A DNA stretch of 35,644 nt from Elusimicrobiota bacterium. Its GTDB lineage: Bacteria; Elusimicrobiota; Elusimicrobia; Elusimicrobiales; UBA9959. Below, piece after piece: positions 8,221-16,528 of this stretch. A program made the position numbers and the translations under genes. The notes under the pieces are model-generated. The model made no database searches. It saw only the letters and a program-made list of their open reading frames with translations, and was not told the DNA's origin. Numbering within the stretch: the first letter of the stretch is position 1; each line of letters opens with the position of its first letter. Where the stretch lies: assembly GCA_030637365.1 (NCBI GenBank), contig DAOWGR010000007.1, forward strand, positions 1-35,644. The letters run 5' to 3'.

Positions 8221-8406
8221 ATGGCTACATATGCTTGGATGGCTAAAATGCGCAAGCCGCAAAAATTTTCAACGCGGCATAGAAACCGCTGTCAAATATG
8301 CGGAAGACCAAGAGGATATTACAGAGATTTTGGCCTTTGCAGAATATGCATGAGAAAGATGGCTCACGACGGCCTTATTCCCGGTTTGAAAAAATCAAGT
8401 TGGTAA
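8221..8406 (+). CDS. rpsN: 30S ribosomal protein S14, short zinc-binding (type Z) form
   Basis: 61 aa with CQICG...CRIC and the ending [11 protein letters not shown]. Confidence 0.96.
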   Translation: MATYAWMAKMRKPQKFSTRHRNRCQICGRPRGYYRDFGLCRICMRKMAHDGLIPGLKKSSW

Positions 8407-8552
8407 AAAACAGTTCGGAGTTGAGAGTTTAGAGAAAAAACTCAGCTTGGCAGGAAGCAGTAAGAAGCAAAAAGATTTAAATTACGGGAAGTTTATTAAA
8501 ATATTTTGAGGCTTAATTCTTTGCAAGAAGACAGGCTTCTAAGAGGTGAGAT

Positions 8553-8960
8553 ATGGATATGGTAAGCAATATGCTGACATCGATAAGAAACGCGAATGCC
8601 AAGACTAAGGAAAAGGTTGATATTCCTTTTTCCACTTTTAAGGCCGGCATAGCAAAGATTCTTGTGGAGGAGGGTTTTACTTCAAACTATAAGCTTTTAT
8701 CCGTTGAAGTTAATAAGAAAACCGCCAAAAGAAAAGTTATAAGAATAACTTTGAAATATACAAAAAACAAAAAGCCGGTTATAAAAGGTTTGAAGAGAGT
8801 TTCAAAGCCCAGTTTAAGGGTTTACAGGTCTCATGATAATATTCCTCGCATCAGAGCGGCTTTTGGGGTAACTATTTTATCCACTTCCAAAGGCTTATTG
8901 ACTGATCGTAATGCCAGAAAGGAGAAAGTTGGCGGAGAAGTTCTTTGCCATGTGTGGTAA
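8553..8960 (+). CDS. rpsH: 30S ribosomal protein S8
   Basis: Carries NMLTSIRNANAK...ILSTSKGLLTDRNARKEKVGGEVLCHVW. Confidence 0.97.
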   Translation: MDMVSNMLTSIRNANAKTKEKVDIPFSTFKAGIAKILVEEGFTSNYKLLSVEVNKKTAKRKVIRITLKYTKNKKPVIKGLKRVSKPSLRVYRSHDNIPRIRAAFGVTILSTSKGLLTDRNARKEKVGGEVLCHVW

Positions 8961-9032
8961 TATAGGTTACAGGAGATATGCAACAGGTCTCAGGTTGCAA
9001 TAAAAAAGTTTTAAAACTAAGAGGATAAAATT

Positions 9033-9596
9033 ATGAGCAGAGTGGGAAAACAGCCAATTAAAATTTCAGATAAAGTCAAAGTAAGACTTGAAAAGCGTGT
9101 TCTTTTTGCCCAAGGGACCAAGGGTGAGGGGTCTTATGAGCTGCCTCTTGGCATAAATATCGATATTAAGGACTCCATGATACAGCTTTCCCTGGACGGC
9201 TCGTCATCAGATAAGAGATTATCGGCGATATTTGGCACCACGAGGGCCAGGATAAGCAATATGCTTGAAGGTCTTGAAAAAGAATTTTCAAAAGTGCTGG
9301 AAATAAAAGGAGTCGGTTATAAGGGTTTTGTTCAAGGGCGGAAACTTATATTGCATGTCGGTTTTTCTCATACGGTTGAATTTGATATTCCCGACAAAAT
9401 GACGATGAAATTTGAAAATAAAGACACTGTTCTTACGCTTACTCATTTTGATAAAGAAGTTGTGGGCAATATGGCGGCCAAGATAAAAAAAATAAGACCT
9501 ACCGAGCCGTATAAAGGAACGGGTATCAGATATCAAGGCGAGCATGTAATAAGAAAAGCGGGTAAAACCGCCGCAGGCGCAGGAGAAAAAAAATAA
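9033..9596 (+). CDS. rplF: 50S ribosomal protein L6
   Basis: Carries [17 protein letters not shown]...[24 protein letters not shown]...[12 protein letters not shown]. Confidence 0.97.
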   Translation: MSRVGKQPIKISDKVKVRLEKRVLFAQGTKGEGSYELPLGINIDIKDSMIQLSLDGSSSDKRLSAIFGTTRARISNMLEGLEKEFSKVLEIKGVGYKGFVQGRKLILHVGFSHTVEFDIPDKMTMKFENKDTVLTLTHFDKEVVGNMAAKIKKIRPTEPYKGTGIRYQGEHVIRKAGKTAAGAGEKK

Positions 9597-9690
9597 AACC
9601 AGCGTGGCAGCCAGAAAAGGAATATATTTACAGACAAGGAAGCGATGCTTCATAAAGTGTCGTGAACTATTAGAAGGACCGGAGAGTATT

Positions 9691-10056
9691 ATGATAACCA
9701 AACAGAGAAAATATAAATTTAGAAAAGATAGAACGAGAAAAAGGCTTTTTCAAAATGGTTTGCATTTACTTCGTTTGCAAGTGCATAGAAGTTCAAAGAA
9801 TATTTACGCGCAAATTGTGGATGATGTAAAAGGCCGGACTCTTGTAGCCGCTTCAAGTTTGGATAAAGAGTTGAAGAATAAGAAGCTTGCGTCAGGCAAA
9901 AATATAGCCACCTCCCGCATTGTCGGCGAATTAGTCGCTAAGCGCGCCGTGAAAGCGGGAATAAAAAAAGTTTGCTTTGACAGAGGCGGAAGGTTGTACC
10001 ATGGAAAAATAAAAGCTCTTGCTGATAGCGCGAGAGAGGGTGGTCTTCAGTTTTAG
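9691..10056 (+). CDS. rplR: 50S ribosomal protein L18
   Basis: The L18 core RKRLFQ...[19 protein letters not shown]...[26 protein letters not shown] is present. ATG 9691 has a GGAG SD 6 nt upstream. The track ORF's 29-aa N-terminal extension from GTG 9604 has no L18 similarity. Confidence 0.94.
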   Translation: MITKQRKYKFRKDRTRKRLFQNGLHLLRLQVHRSSKNIYAQIVDDVKGRTLVAASSLDKELKNKKLASGKNIATSRIVGELVAKRAVKAGIKKVCFDRGGRLYHGKIKALADSAREGGLQF

Positions 10057-10106
10057 AAATTTGAAGCATAATGGCCTTTCGTATCCCGCTGTAGAGGGAT
10101 AAGCGC

Positions 10107-10223
10107 GAGGGGTAAAAAACGCATTAAGTATAAACCCCCCGTAGATTTAATTCCCCGCTAATTCCAGAGGAATCTAAACGCGGGAAATAGTAAAATCTAA
10201 GCACGGAGGGGTAAAAAACGCAT
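10107..10223 (+). repeat. Two copies of an 18-nt direct repeat (gaggggtaaaaaacgcat) 99 nt apart within the 192-nt rplR-rpsE spacer
   Basis: The copies at 10107-10124 and 10206-10223 are identical. Their flanks are also similar (taagcgc / taagcac). The second copy forms aaaaaacgc-ata-gcgtttttt, a 9-bp hairpin at 10213-10233. Confidence 0.6.
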
Positions 10224-10248
10224 AGCGTTTTTTAAAGGAGAATTATAA

Positions 10249-10803
10249 ATGATAGCTAAAGACGCTAAAGAAACTAAAATGGATAATGTCGCGGATAAGA
10301 CGAAAAAATCCAAAGACGGAGTAACTTTTAACACTGATCTTCTTGCTGAAGAAAAAAGCATTGTTGTTACCATAAACAGGGTAACTAAAGTGGTTAAGGG
10401 TGGAAAAAGATTTTCTTTTAACGCGCTTGTTGTGGTAGGCGATAGCAATGGCTCAGTGGGTGTGGCTGTCGGGAAATCCAATGAAGTTCAGCCCGCCATT
10501 ATGAAAGCTACGCAAGCCGCTAAAAAAAACATGTTCACCTTTCCGTTATTGGAATCCAGTATTCCTCATGAAATAATAGGGAATTTTGGCGCGGGAAAAG
10601 TTTGGATGAAGCCCGCCGTTTCCGGAACGGGTCTTATAGCCGGCGGAGGAGTCAGAGCGGTTCTTGAGGCGGCCGGAGTTAAAAATGTTCTTACTAAAAA
10701 TCTTGGAACCAGAAATTATTTTAACAGTGTCTACGCCACGATGGATGCTTTGGAAAATTTAAAAAGCAGGGAAGAAGTTTTAAAGCTGAGAGGCGTTCAA
10801 TAA
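10249..10803 (+). CDS. rpsE: 30S ribosomal protein S5 (N-terminal ~30-aa extension)
   Basis: Carries [39 protein letters not shown] and [19 protein letters not shown]. An AAAGGAG SD lies upstream. Confidence 0.97.
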   Translation: MIAKDAKETKMDNVADKTKKSKDGVTFNTDLLAEEKSIVVTINRVTKVVKGGKRFSFNALVVVGDSNGSVGVAVGKSNEVQPAIMKATQAAKKNMFTFPLLESSIPHEIIGNFGAGKVWMKPAVSGTGLIAGGGVRAVLEAAGVKNVLTKNLGTRNYFNSVYATMDALENLKSREEVLKLRGVQ

Positions 10804-10806
10804 ATT

Positions 10807-10875
10807 ACGGCAGATTAAGATTGAGGTTAAGAAAAAAGAAAAACTCTGAACCTTAATCTTGGCCTTGACCTGCAG
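10807..10875 (+). repeat. Intergenic hexamer-repeat hairpin element, copy B (rpsE-rplO spacer, where rpmD normally sits)
   Basis: Positions 10810-10831 pair with 10852-10873: 15 Watson-Crick, 5 G.U and 2 mismatches. The first 19 nt (acggcagattaagattgag) are identical to copy C. It starts 4 nt after the rpsE stop and ends 20 nt before the rplO ATG. Confidence 0.7.
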
Positions 10876-10894
10876 TTAAACAGGAGAAATTATC

Positions 10895-11413
10895 ATGGTA
10901 AGTTTAAACAATTTATGCCCTAAAACTGGTTCAATACATAGGAAAAAAAGACTTGGTTGCGGTAGAGGTTCGGGACACGGGGAAACAAGCACGCGCGGAC
11001 AAAAGGGCCAGAATTCAACCTCCGGCGGTTCCAAAAGAAATGGTTTTGAAGGCGGACAGATGCCTCTGTTGAGAAGAATTCCTAAAAGCGGTTTCAATAA
11101 TACCCGGTTTAAAACGAAATATACATGGGTTAATATCGGTATTTTTGAAAAGTTTTTTAGCGGCGTCAAGGATATAAATTCCGAAGTGTTAAAATCCAAA
11201 GGCTTGATAAAAAGGCAAGGCCTTTTAAAAATTTTGGGCACAGGAGCTTTGAAAAAATCATTTAATGTTACAGCTCACGCGTTTTCCGCGTCAGCCAAAG
11301 AAAAGATAGAAAAGGCCGGCGGGAAAGCCGTTTTAATTGAAGTTGCCGCAAAGCCCCAAAAAGCAAAAAGCAAAAGGCAAGAAATGAGAGCCAAGAAGTT
11401 CGTTTCCAAATAA
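10895..11413 (+). CDS. rplO: 50S ribosomal protein L15
   Basis: Carries KKRLGCGRGSGHGETSTRGQKGQNSTSGG...GFEGGQMPLLRRIPK. Confidence 0.96.
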   Translation: MVSLNNLCPKTGSIHRKKRLGCGRGSGHGETSTRGQKGQNSTSGGSKRNGFEGGQMPLLRRIPKSGFNNTRFKTKYTWVNIGIFEKFFSGVKDINSEVLKSKGLIKRQGLLKILGTGALKKSFNVTAHAFSASAKEKIEKAGGKAVLIEVAAKPQKAKSKRQEMRAKKFVSK

Positions 11414-11493
11414 TTTGTTTGAACTTTGGTGTTTGATAGTTTGTTTAAAGCTTCGGGTTTTAGATTATTTATTTGAAACTTAAAGGAGAAAAC

Positions 11494-12822
11494 ATGCAGC
11501 AAATAGCTAATGTTTTTAAAATCAAAGATTTAAAGCGCAGGATAATTTTTGTTTTGGTGGCCTTAGCTGTTTATCGTTTGGGCGCTTTAATTCCGATACC
11601 CGGCATAAATACGGCGGCCATACAATCCCTTTTTCAAAACAGTTCCAGCGGAGTTCTCGGAGTTTTGGATATGTTTTCCGGAGGAGCTTTAAGCAGATTT
11701 TCCATTTTTTCAATGGGTGTTATGCCGTATATTAACGCGTCCATCATCATGAGTCTTGTTCAGGGGGCGCATGTTTTTCCTTATCTTGACAGATTAAAAC
11801 AAGAAGGAGAGCAGGGGCATAAAAAAGTCGTGCAGATAACCAGAGTTTTTACTTTGTTTTTGGCCGCTTTCCAATCTTTCGGCTTAACAATGGCATTGGG
11901 TAAAATGCCCACGCCGGGAAATATTCCCATCATTTCAGATCCTACCGTGTCTTTTTATTTTGTTACCGTTTTGACTCTTACCACCGGAACGATTTTTATT
12001 ATGTGGCTCGGAGAACAGATGACTGAAAGAGGGATAGGCAACGGTATTTCTCTTATAATTTTCGCCGGAATAGTAAACGGTTTGCCCGGAGCGATTAGCA
12101 ATATGATTAAGTTGGTGCAAGTGGATGAAATGAGTATTTTAATTGCGCTGATAATTTTGGCCGCGGTTCTTGCTCTTATGGCCTTTGTCGTTTGGGTTGA
12201 AACCGCTCAAAGAAAAATACCCATACAATACGCGCAGAGGATGGTCGGAAGAAAAGTTTATGGCGGAGTCAGCACTTTCCTGCCTTTAAAAGTTGATCAA
12301 AGCGGCGTTATAGCCGTTATATTCGCCATGTCGCTTTTGAGCGTGCCGTATACAATAATACAGTTTAATCCTCAGGCCGCGTGGGCAACCACGATGATGA
12401 GTTTAATGAGCCCCACAAGCATTTTTTATCAGGTGCTTTACGGGCTTTTGATTATATTTTTCTGTTATTTTTATAATTCGGTCAGCATAAATCCGAAAGA
12501 TTTGGCGGATAATATGAAAAAATGGGGCGGGTTTGTTCCCGGAATAAGACCCGGAGATCAAACAGCCAATTACATTGAAAGAGTTATGAATAGAATAACG
12601 CTCGGCGGAGCTCTTTTTGTTTGTTCTATTTGTCTTATACCGGATTATCTTAGGGTCAAATTTAATATTCCGTTTTATTTGGGCGGAACCTCTCTCTTGA
12701 TTGTTGTCGGTGTCGCTTTAGATACCGTATCTCAGATGGAAGCGCATATGGTAATGAGAAATTATGAAGGTTTCTCCAAGCGCAGTAAAATTAAAGGGCG
12801 TTGGTTTAATGTCGGTTCTTAA
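11494..12822 (+). CDS. secY: Preprotein translocase subunit SecY
   Basis: Ten-TM protein with LKRRIIFVLVALAVYRLGALIPIPGIN and WLGEQMTERGIGNGISLIIFAGI. ATG 11494 has an AAAGGAG SD 5 nt upstream. The track ORF opens at an upstream TTG (11473). Confidence 0.96.
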   Translation: MQQIANVFKIKDLKRRIIFVLVALAVYRLGALIPIPGINTAAIQSLFQNSSSGVLGVLDMFSGGALSRFSIFSMGVMPYINASIIMSLVQGAHVFPYLDRLKQEGEQGHKKVVQITRVFTLFLAAFQSFGLTMALGKMPTPGNIPIISDPTVSFYFVTVLTLTTGTIFIMWLGEQMTERGIGNGISLIIFAGIVNGLPGAISNMIKLVQVDEMSILIALIILAAVLALMAFVVWVETAQRKIPIQYAQRMVGRKVYGGVSTFLPLKVDQSGVIAVIFAMSLLSVPYTIIQFNPQAAWATTMMSLMSPTSIFYQVLYGLLIIFFCYFYNSVSINPKDLADNMKKWGGFVPGIRPGDQTANYIERVMNRITLGGALFVCSICLIPDYLRVKFNIPFYLGGTSLLIVVGVALDTVSQMEAHMVMRNYEGFSKRSKIKGRWFNVGS

Positions 12823-12916
12823 GAAAAAATAGAAGTCAGAAGCAAGAAATCAGAAAGATTCAGTAAAGTAATTCGCTGTTTAAATTTAATATTTGGGCAT
12901 TTTGAGGAATTTAAAA

Positions 12917-13570
12917 ATGAATATCATTCTTTTGGGATATCCCGGTTCCGGCAAGGGAACTCAAGCGCAGGCTTTATCTTCGTTGCTTGGAATGGAGCAT
13001 CTTTCAACGGGGGATTTGTTTAGAGAAGAAATAGCCAAAGGAACTCCTTTGGGATTAAAGGTCGCTGAATATTTATCCGGCGGGAAACTTGTTGACGATA
13101 AAATCGTTTTGGAAGTTATAAACTCCAAGTTTGAAAAAGTTGAGAAGGGTTTTTTGTTTGACGGATTTCCAAGAACTTTGGATCAGGCAGAAGCGCTGGA
13201 CGCTTTATTGGTATCCAAGAAAATGGAATTGGACGCGGTTATTTTTCTTAATGTTGATGAAGCGGAGGTTGTTGAAAGAATCAGTTCCAGACGAGTATGT
13301 TCCAAATGTTCAAAGGTGTATAATGTTATTTCAAGTCCCCCTAAAAAAGAAAATGTCTGCGACGATTGCGCCGGACCGCTTTTATTTAGGGAAGATGATA
13401 AGCCCGCCGTCATAGAAAAACGAATAATGGTTTATAAAGATTTGACCGAGCCTCTTATTTCATATTATCGCGCCAATGGAGTGTTTTATGAGATTAAGGC
13501 TCGCGGAGACGCCAAAGTTATAACTGAAAATATAGTTTCCTTTATAAAAACCGAGATTGCAAACAAGTAA
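12917..13570 (+). CDS. adk: Adenylate kinase with a zinc-binding lid
   Basis: Carries MNIILLGYPGSGKGTQA (P-loop), GFLFDGFPRT, and the lid motif CSKC...CDDC. ATG 12917 has a GAGGAA SD 7 nt upstream. Confidence 0.96.
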   Translation: MNIILLGYPGSGKGTQAQALSSLLGMEHLSTGDLFREEIAKGTPLGLKVAEYLSGGKLVDDKIVLEVINSKFEKVEKGFLFDGFPRTLDQAEALDALLVSKKMELDAVIFLNVDEAEVVERISSRRVCSKCSKVYNVISSPPKKENVCDDCAGPLLFREDDKPAVIEKRIMVYKDLTEPLISYYRANGVFYEIKARGDAKVITENIVSFIKTEIANK

Positions 13571-13656
13571 TCCTCCGCAGATTTCCCCGCCGTGAATTTC
13601 GGAGTAATTAAAGCGTGATGGCCGGGAAGATTATGTTTACCGGTTAAAAATTGATT

Positions 13657-14406
13657 ATGGTGGAAATAAAAAATTCCGAAGAAGTTGAAAGGCTTAGGGC
13701 CGCCGCGAAGATAGTCGCTAAAACACTCGTTCTTTTGAAAGAAGAAGTTTGTCCCGGCATATCAACGGAAGAATTGGACCGGATAGCCCGGAAAAAAATA
13801 GAAGACGAAGGCGCGAAACCCGGATTTTTAGGTTATAGGGGATATCCTTCCACTCTTTGTGTTTCAATCAATGAGGAAGTGGTGCACGGTATTCCGAGTT
13901 CCGAAAGAATTATAAAGGATGGCGATATCGTAAGTTTTGATGTTGGAAGTCTTCTAAACGGTTTTTATGGCGATGCGGCTATAACTGTCGCGGTTGGAAA
14001 AGTCAAGCCGGAGCATCTTAAATTGGTGGATGTTACCAAAAAATCTTTGAATAAAGCGTTGGCTGTTGTTAAAGCCGGAGTTCATTTGGGAGATGTTTCT
14101 CACGCGGTGGAAAAATTTGTTGAAAAAGAAGGAATGAGTGTGGTGAAGGATTTTACGGGCCATGGAATAGGTCGTCGGCTTCATGAAGATCCTTCAATAC
14201 CCAATTACGGGTTTGCCGGAAAAGGCATTCTTCTTCGTTCCGGCATGACGCTTGCCATAGAACCCATGGTTTGTTTGGGAAAAGGTGATATTACCATTAA
14301 AAAAGATGGTTGGACGGCTGTCAGTTCCGATGGGAGTTATTCGGCTCATTTTGAGCATACTGTTTGTGTTACGGATTTGGGTTGCGATATTTTAAGCGAG
14401 GTATAA
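13657..14406 (+). CDS. map: Type I methionine aminopeptidase
   Basis: Carries EVVHGIPS, FDVG...GFYGDAA, FTGHGIGRRLHEDP, MTLAIEPM and SAHFEHTV. The start is ambiguous between ATG 13657 and TTG 13651. Confidence 0.94.
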   Translation: MVEIKNSEEVERLRAAAKIVAKTLVLLKEEVCPGISTEELDRIARKKIEDEGAKPGFLGYRGYPSTLCVSINEEVVHGIPSSERIIKDGDIVSFDVGSLLNGFYGDAAITVAVGKVKPEHLKLVDVTKKSLNKALAVVKAGVHLGDVSHAVEKFVEKEGMSVVKDFTGHGIGRRLHEDPSIPNYGFAGKGILLRSGMTLAIEPMVCLGKGDITIKKDGWTAVSSDGSYSAHFEHTVCVTDLGCDILSEV

Positions 14407-14445
14407 GCTATCTAATATACCTGTTATTTAGTATAATAGAAAGAT

Positions 14446-14667
14446 ATGTCTAATAATAGCGAAAAAATAGAGGTTGAAGGAATAGTATTGGAGTCTTTTC
14501 CCAATGCAAGTTTTAGAGTTGAAATTGCTCCCGGTAAAATTATTTTGGCGCATATATCGGGTAAAATGAGAATTCATCATATAAAAATTTTGCAAGGAGA
14601 CAAGGTTAGAGTTGAATTGTCTCCATATGATTTGTCGAGGGGAAGAATAACCTATCGTTCTAAATGA
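14446..14667 (+). CDS. infA: Translation initiation factor IF-1
   Basis: 73 aa with [19 protein letters not shown]...[39 protein letters not shown]. Confidence 0.97.
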   Translation: MSNNSEKIEVEGIVLESFPNASFRVEIAPGKIILAHISGKMRIHHIKILQGDKVRVELSPYDLSRGRITYRSK

Positions 14668-14750
14668 GTGAAAAACAGTTTAGAATTCATAGCGTGGAGT
14701 TTAGGAATAAAATGATCGTTTGAGAGTTTTTTATTAGGAGCTTATAATCA

Positions 14751-14864
14751 ATGAAAGTCAGAGCCAGTGTTAAAAAGATTTGCAATAAGTGCAAAATTGT
14801 AAAAAGAAAAGGCGTGGTAAGGGTTATTTGTTCAGAGCCTCGTCATAAGCAGAGACAAGGATAA
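14751..14864 (+). CDS. rpmJ: 50S ribosomal protein L36 (zinc-binding form)
   Basis: Not in the ORF track because it is under 60 aa. My own translation gives [37 protein letters not shown]. An AGGAG SD lies upstream. It has the canonical position between infA and rpsM. Confidence 0.95.
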   Translation: MKVRASVKKICNKCKIVKRKGVVRVICSEPRHKQRQG

Positions 14865-14958
14865 TTCCACGGTTGTTTGCCCTCCACTGCGATTCGGCGG
14901 GCTGTCACGGGTTCGTCAGGGAAGTAATGGCGGAAAACTATTTTTTGGAGAAAAAATT

Positions 14959-15333
14959 ATGGCAAGGATAGTAGGATTGGATTTACCAAGAAACAAACGG
15001 ATAGATGTTGCGTTGACTTATGTTTTCGGGATAGGCGATTCTTTGGCTAAAAAGATTTTAAAAGAGCTGGGAAATCAGGTGGACCCTTCAACAAGAGTCA
15101 GGGATCTTACCGAAGAGCAAACAGGTCTTATTAATTCGCTAATCATTAAAGAATACAGAGTTGAGGGTGAATTAAGAAGGGAAGTGTCTCAGAATTTAAA
15201 AAGATATATCGAGATAGGCAGTTATAGAGGGATAAGACACAGAAGAAGTCTTCCTTCTCGCGGACAGAGAACAAAAACAAACGGCCGGACTCGTCGTGGA
15301 AGAAGAAAAACCATAGGGTCGGCGACTAAATAA
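14959..15333 (+). CDS. rpsM: 30S ribosomal protein S13
   Basis: Carries [26 protein letters not shown]...[26 protein letters not shown]. Confidence 0.97.
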   Translation: MARIVGLDLPRNKRIDVALTYVFGIGDSLAKKILKELGNQVDPSTRVRDLTEEQTGLINSLIIKEYRVEGELRREVSQNLKRYIEIGSYRGIRHRRSLPSRGQRTKTNGRTRRGRRKTIGSATK

Positions 15334-15382
15334 AAAAGCAAACAATTTTAGTTGTACCCGCAGTTAACGGAGGTTTTTTAAT

Positions 15383-15805
15383 ATGAGTGAAGATAAAAAA
15401 GCGAAAGATGGCGGAAAAGGAAGTTCCAGGCGCGTTGCCAAGAAAAAACATTATGGAACAATAGCGTTTGGAAAGGTGTACATCAATTCTTCCTTTAATA
15501 ACACTTTGGTAACCATAACAAATGAGAGAGGAAATGTTTTGTGTTGGTCAACATCCGGTTCTAACGGATTCAGAGGATCAAAAAAAGGAACTCCGTTCGC
15601 GGCGCAAATTACCGCGTCAAAAGTGGCGGCGAAGGCTATGGAATACGGTGTTCGGCAGGCGCATATTCTTGTAAATGGACCCGGTCCGGGCAGAGAAACG
15701 GCTATTAGAGCCATAGCTCAAGCCGGTATTCATGTTATGAGTATAAAAGATGTGACATCCATTCCTCACAATGGATGCAGGCCGCCAAAACCCAGAAGAG
15801 TTTAA
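15383..15805 (+). CDS. rpsK: 30S ribosomal protein S11
   Basis: Carries [43 protein letters not shown]...[14 protein letters not shown]. Confidence 0.97.
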   Translation: MSEDKKAKDGGKGSSRRVAKKKHYGTIAFGKVYINSSFNNTLVTITNERGNVLCWSTSGSNGFRGSKKGTPFAAQITASKVAAKAMEYGVRQAHILVNGPGPGRETAIRAIAQAGIHVMSIKDVTSIPHNGCRPPKPRRV

Positions 15806-15880
15806 AAAAGGTAGCGCGAAAGAGCGGCAGTTCTAAAAAATAACTTACGCACTTGAATTTTATTAGGAGGTTTAGTACCA

Positions 15881-16510
15881 ATGTCAAGATATACGGGACC
15901 CAGTTGCAAAAAATGCAGAAGGCTTAATGAGAAGATGTTTCTCAAGGGAAGCAAATGTTATAACAATTGTATTGTTGATCGCCAAAAAGCGAGCAGGGAT
16001 AATAAATTTTCCGGTCGGCGCCGAAAGGTGTCTGATTATGCCAAGCATCTTAGAGAGAAACAAATAGCGAGATTTTCCGCTCAGATATGCGAAGCGCAAT
16101 TTAAACGATTTTATTCCATGGCTACGAAAGTCAAAGGACAAACCGGAGAGTCGTTTCTTCGTTTTTTGGAAATAAGATTGGATAACATAGTCAGAAGAAT
16201 GGGTTTCGCGGTTTCATTGAAGGCCGCTCGCCAGATGGTAAACCATGGCGATGTTAAGGTTAATGGCAGGGAAGTTTCCATTCCGTCTTATATTCTTAAG
16301 CCCGGCGATACCGTCAGTGTTGATTCGAAAATAGCCGAACGATTCATTATTAAACAGGGTCTTGAGCATGCCGAAAAAGGCTCTCTTCGCCCCAGTTTTT
16401 TAAGTTTTAATCCGGAAACCCTTACGGGAAAAGTTGAGCGTTGGCCGGATAGAAGCGAAGTTTCCATAAAAGTTGACGAGCAGCTTATAGTGGAATATTA
16501 TTCTAAATAA
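15881..16510 (+). CDS. rpsD: 30S ribosomal protein S4 (Cys-rich N-terminus)
   Basis: Carries MSRYTGPSCKKCRRLNEKMFLKGSKC...SDYAKHLREKQ and an S4 RNA-binding domain (LDNIVRRMGFAVSLKAARQMVNHGDVKVNG). Confidence 0.96.
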   Translation: MSRYTGPSCKKCRRLNEKMFLKGSKCYNNCIVDRQKASRDNKFSGRRRKVSDYAKHLREKQIARFSAQICEAQFKRFYSMATKVKGQTGESFLRFLEIRLDNIVRRMGFAVSLKAARQMVNHGDVKVNGREVSIPSYILKPGDTVSVDSKIAERFIIKQGLEHAEKGSLRPSFLSFNPETLTGKVERWPDRSEVSIKVDEQLIVEYYSK

Positions 16511-16528
16511 TTTAGGAGGCAGCACATT

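Noticed and set aside
9604-9690. N-terminal extension of L18 from GTG 9604 (and similar upstream GTG/TTG starts for rplP, secY, adk, rplQ, mreC and the amidase)
   Set aside because: In each case the canonical protein N-terminus begins at a downstream ATG with a properly spaced SD. The upstream extensions have no family similarity.
10107-10223. CRISPR-like repeat
   Set aside because: There are only two copies of an 18-nt repeat. No array and no cas genes are present, and the repeat sits inside an operon spacer.
11414-12916. Long-range pairing between the U/G-rich spacer upstream of secY (11414-11493) and the A/G-rich spacer downstream of it (12823-12916)
   Set aside because: The compositions are complementary, but I could not find a convincing continuous register by eye. 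It would need a computed co-fold.
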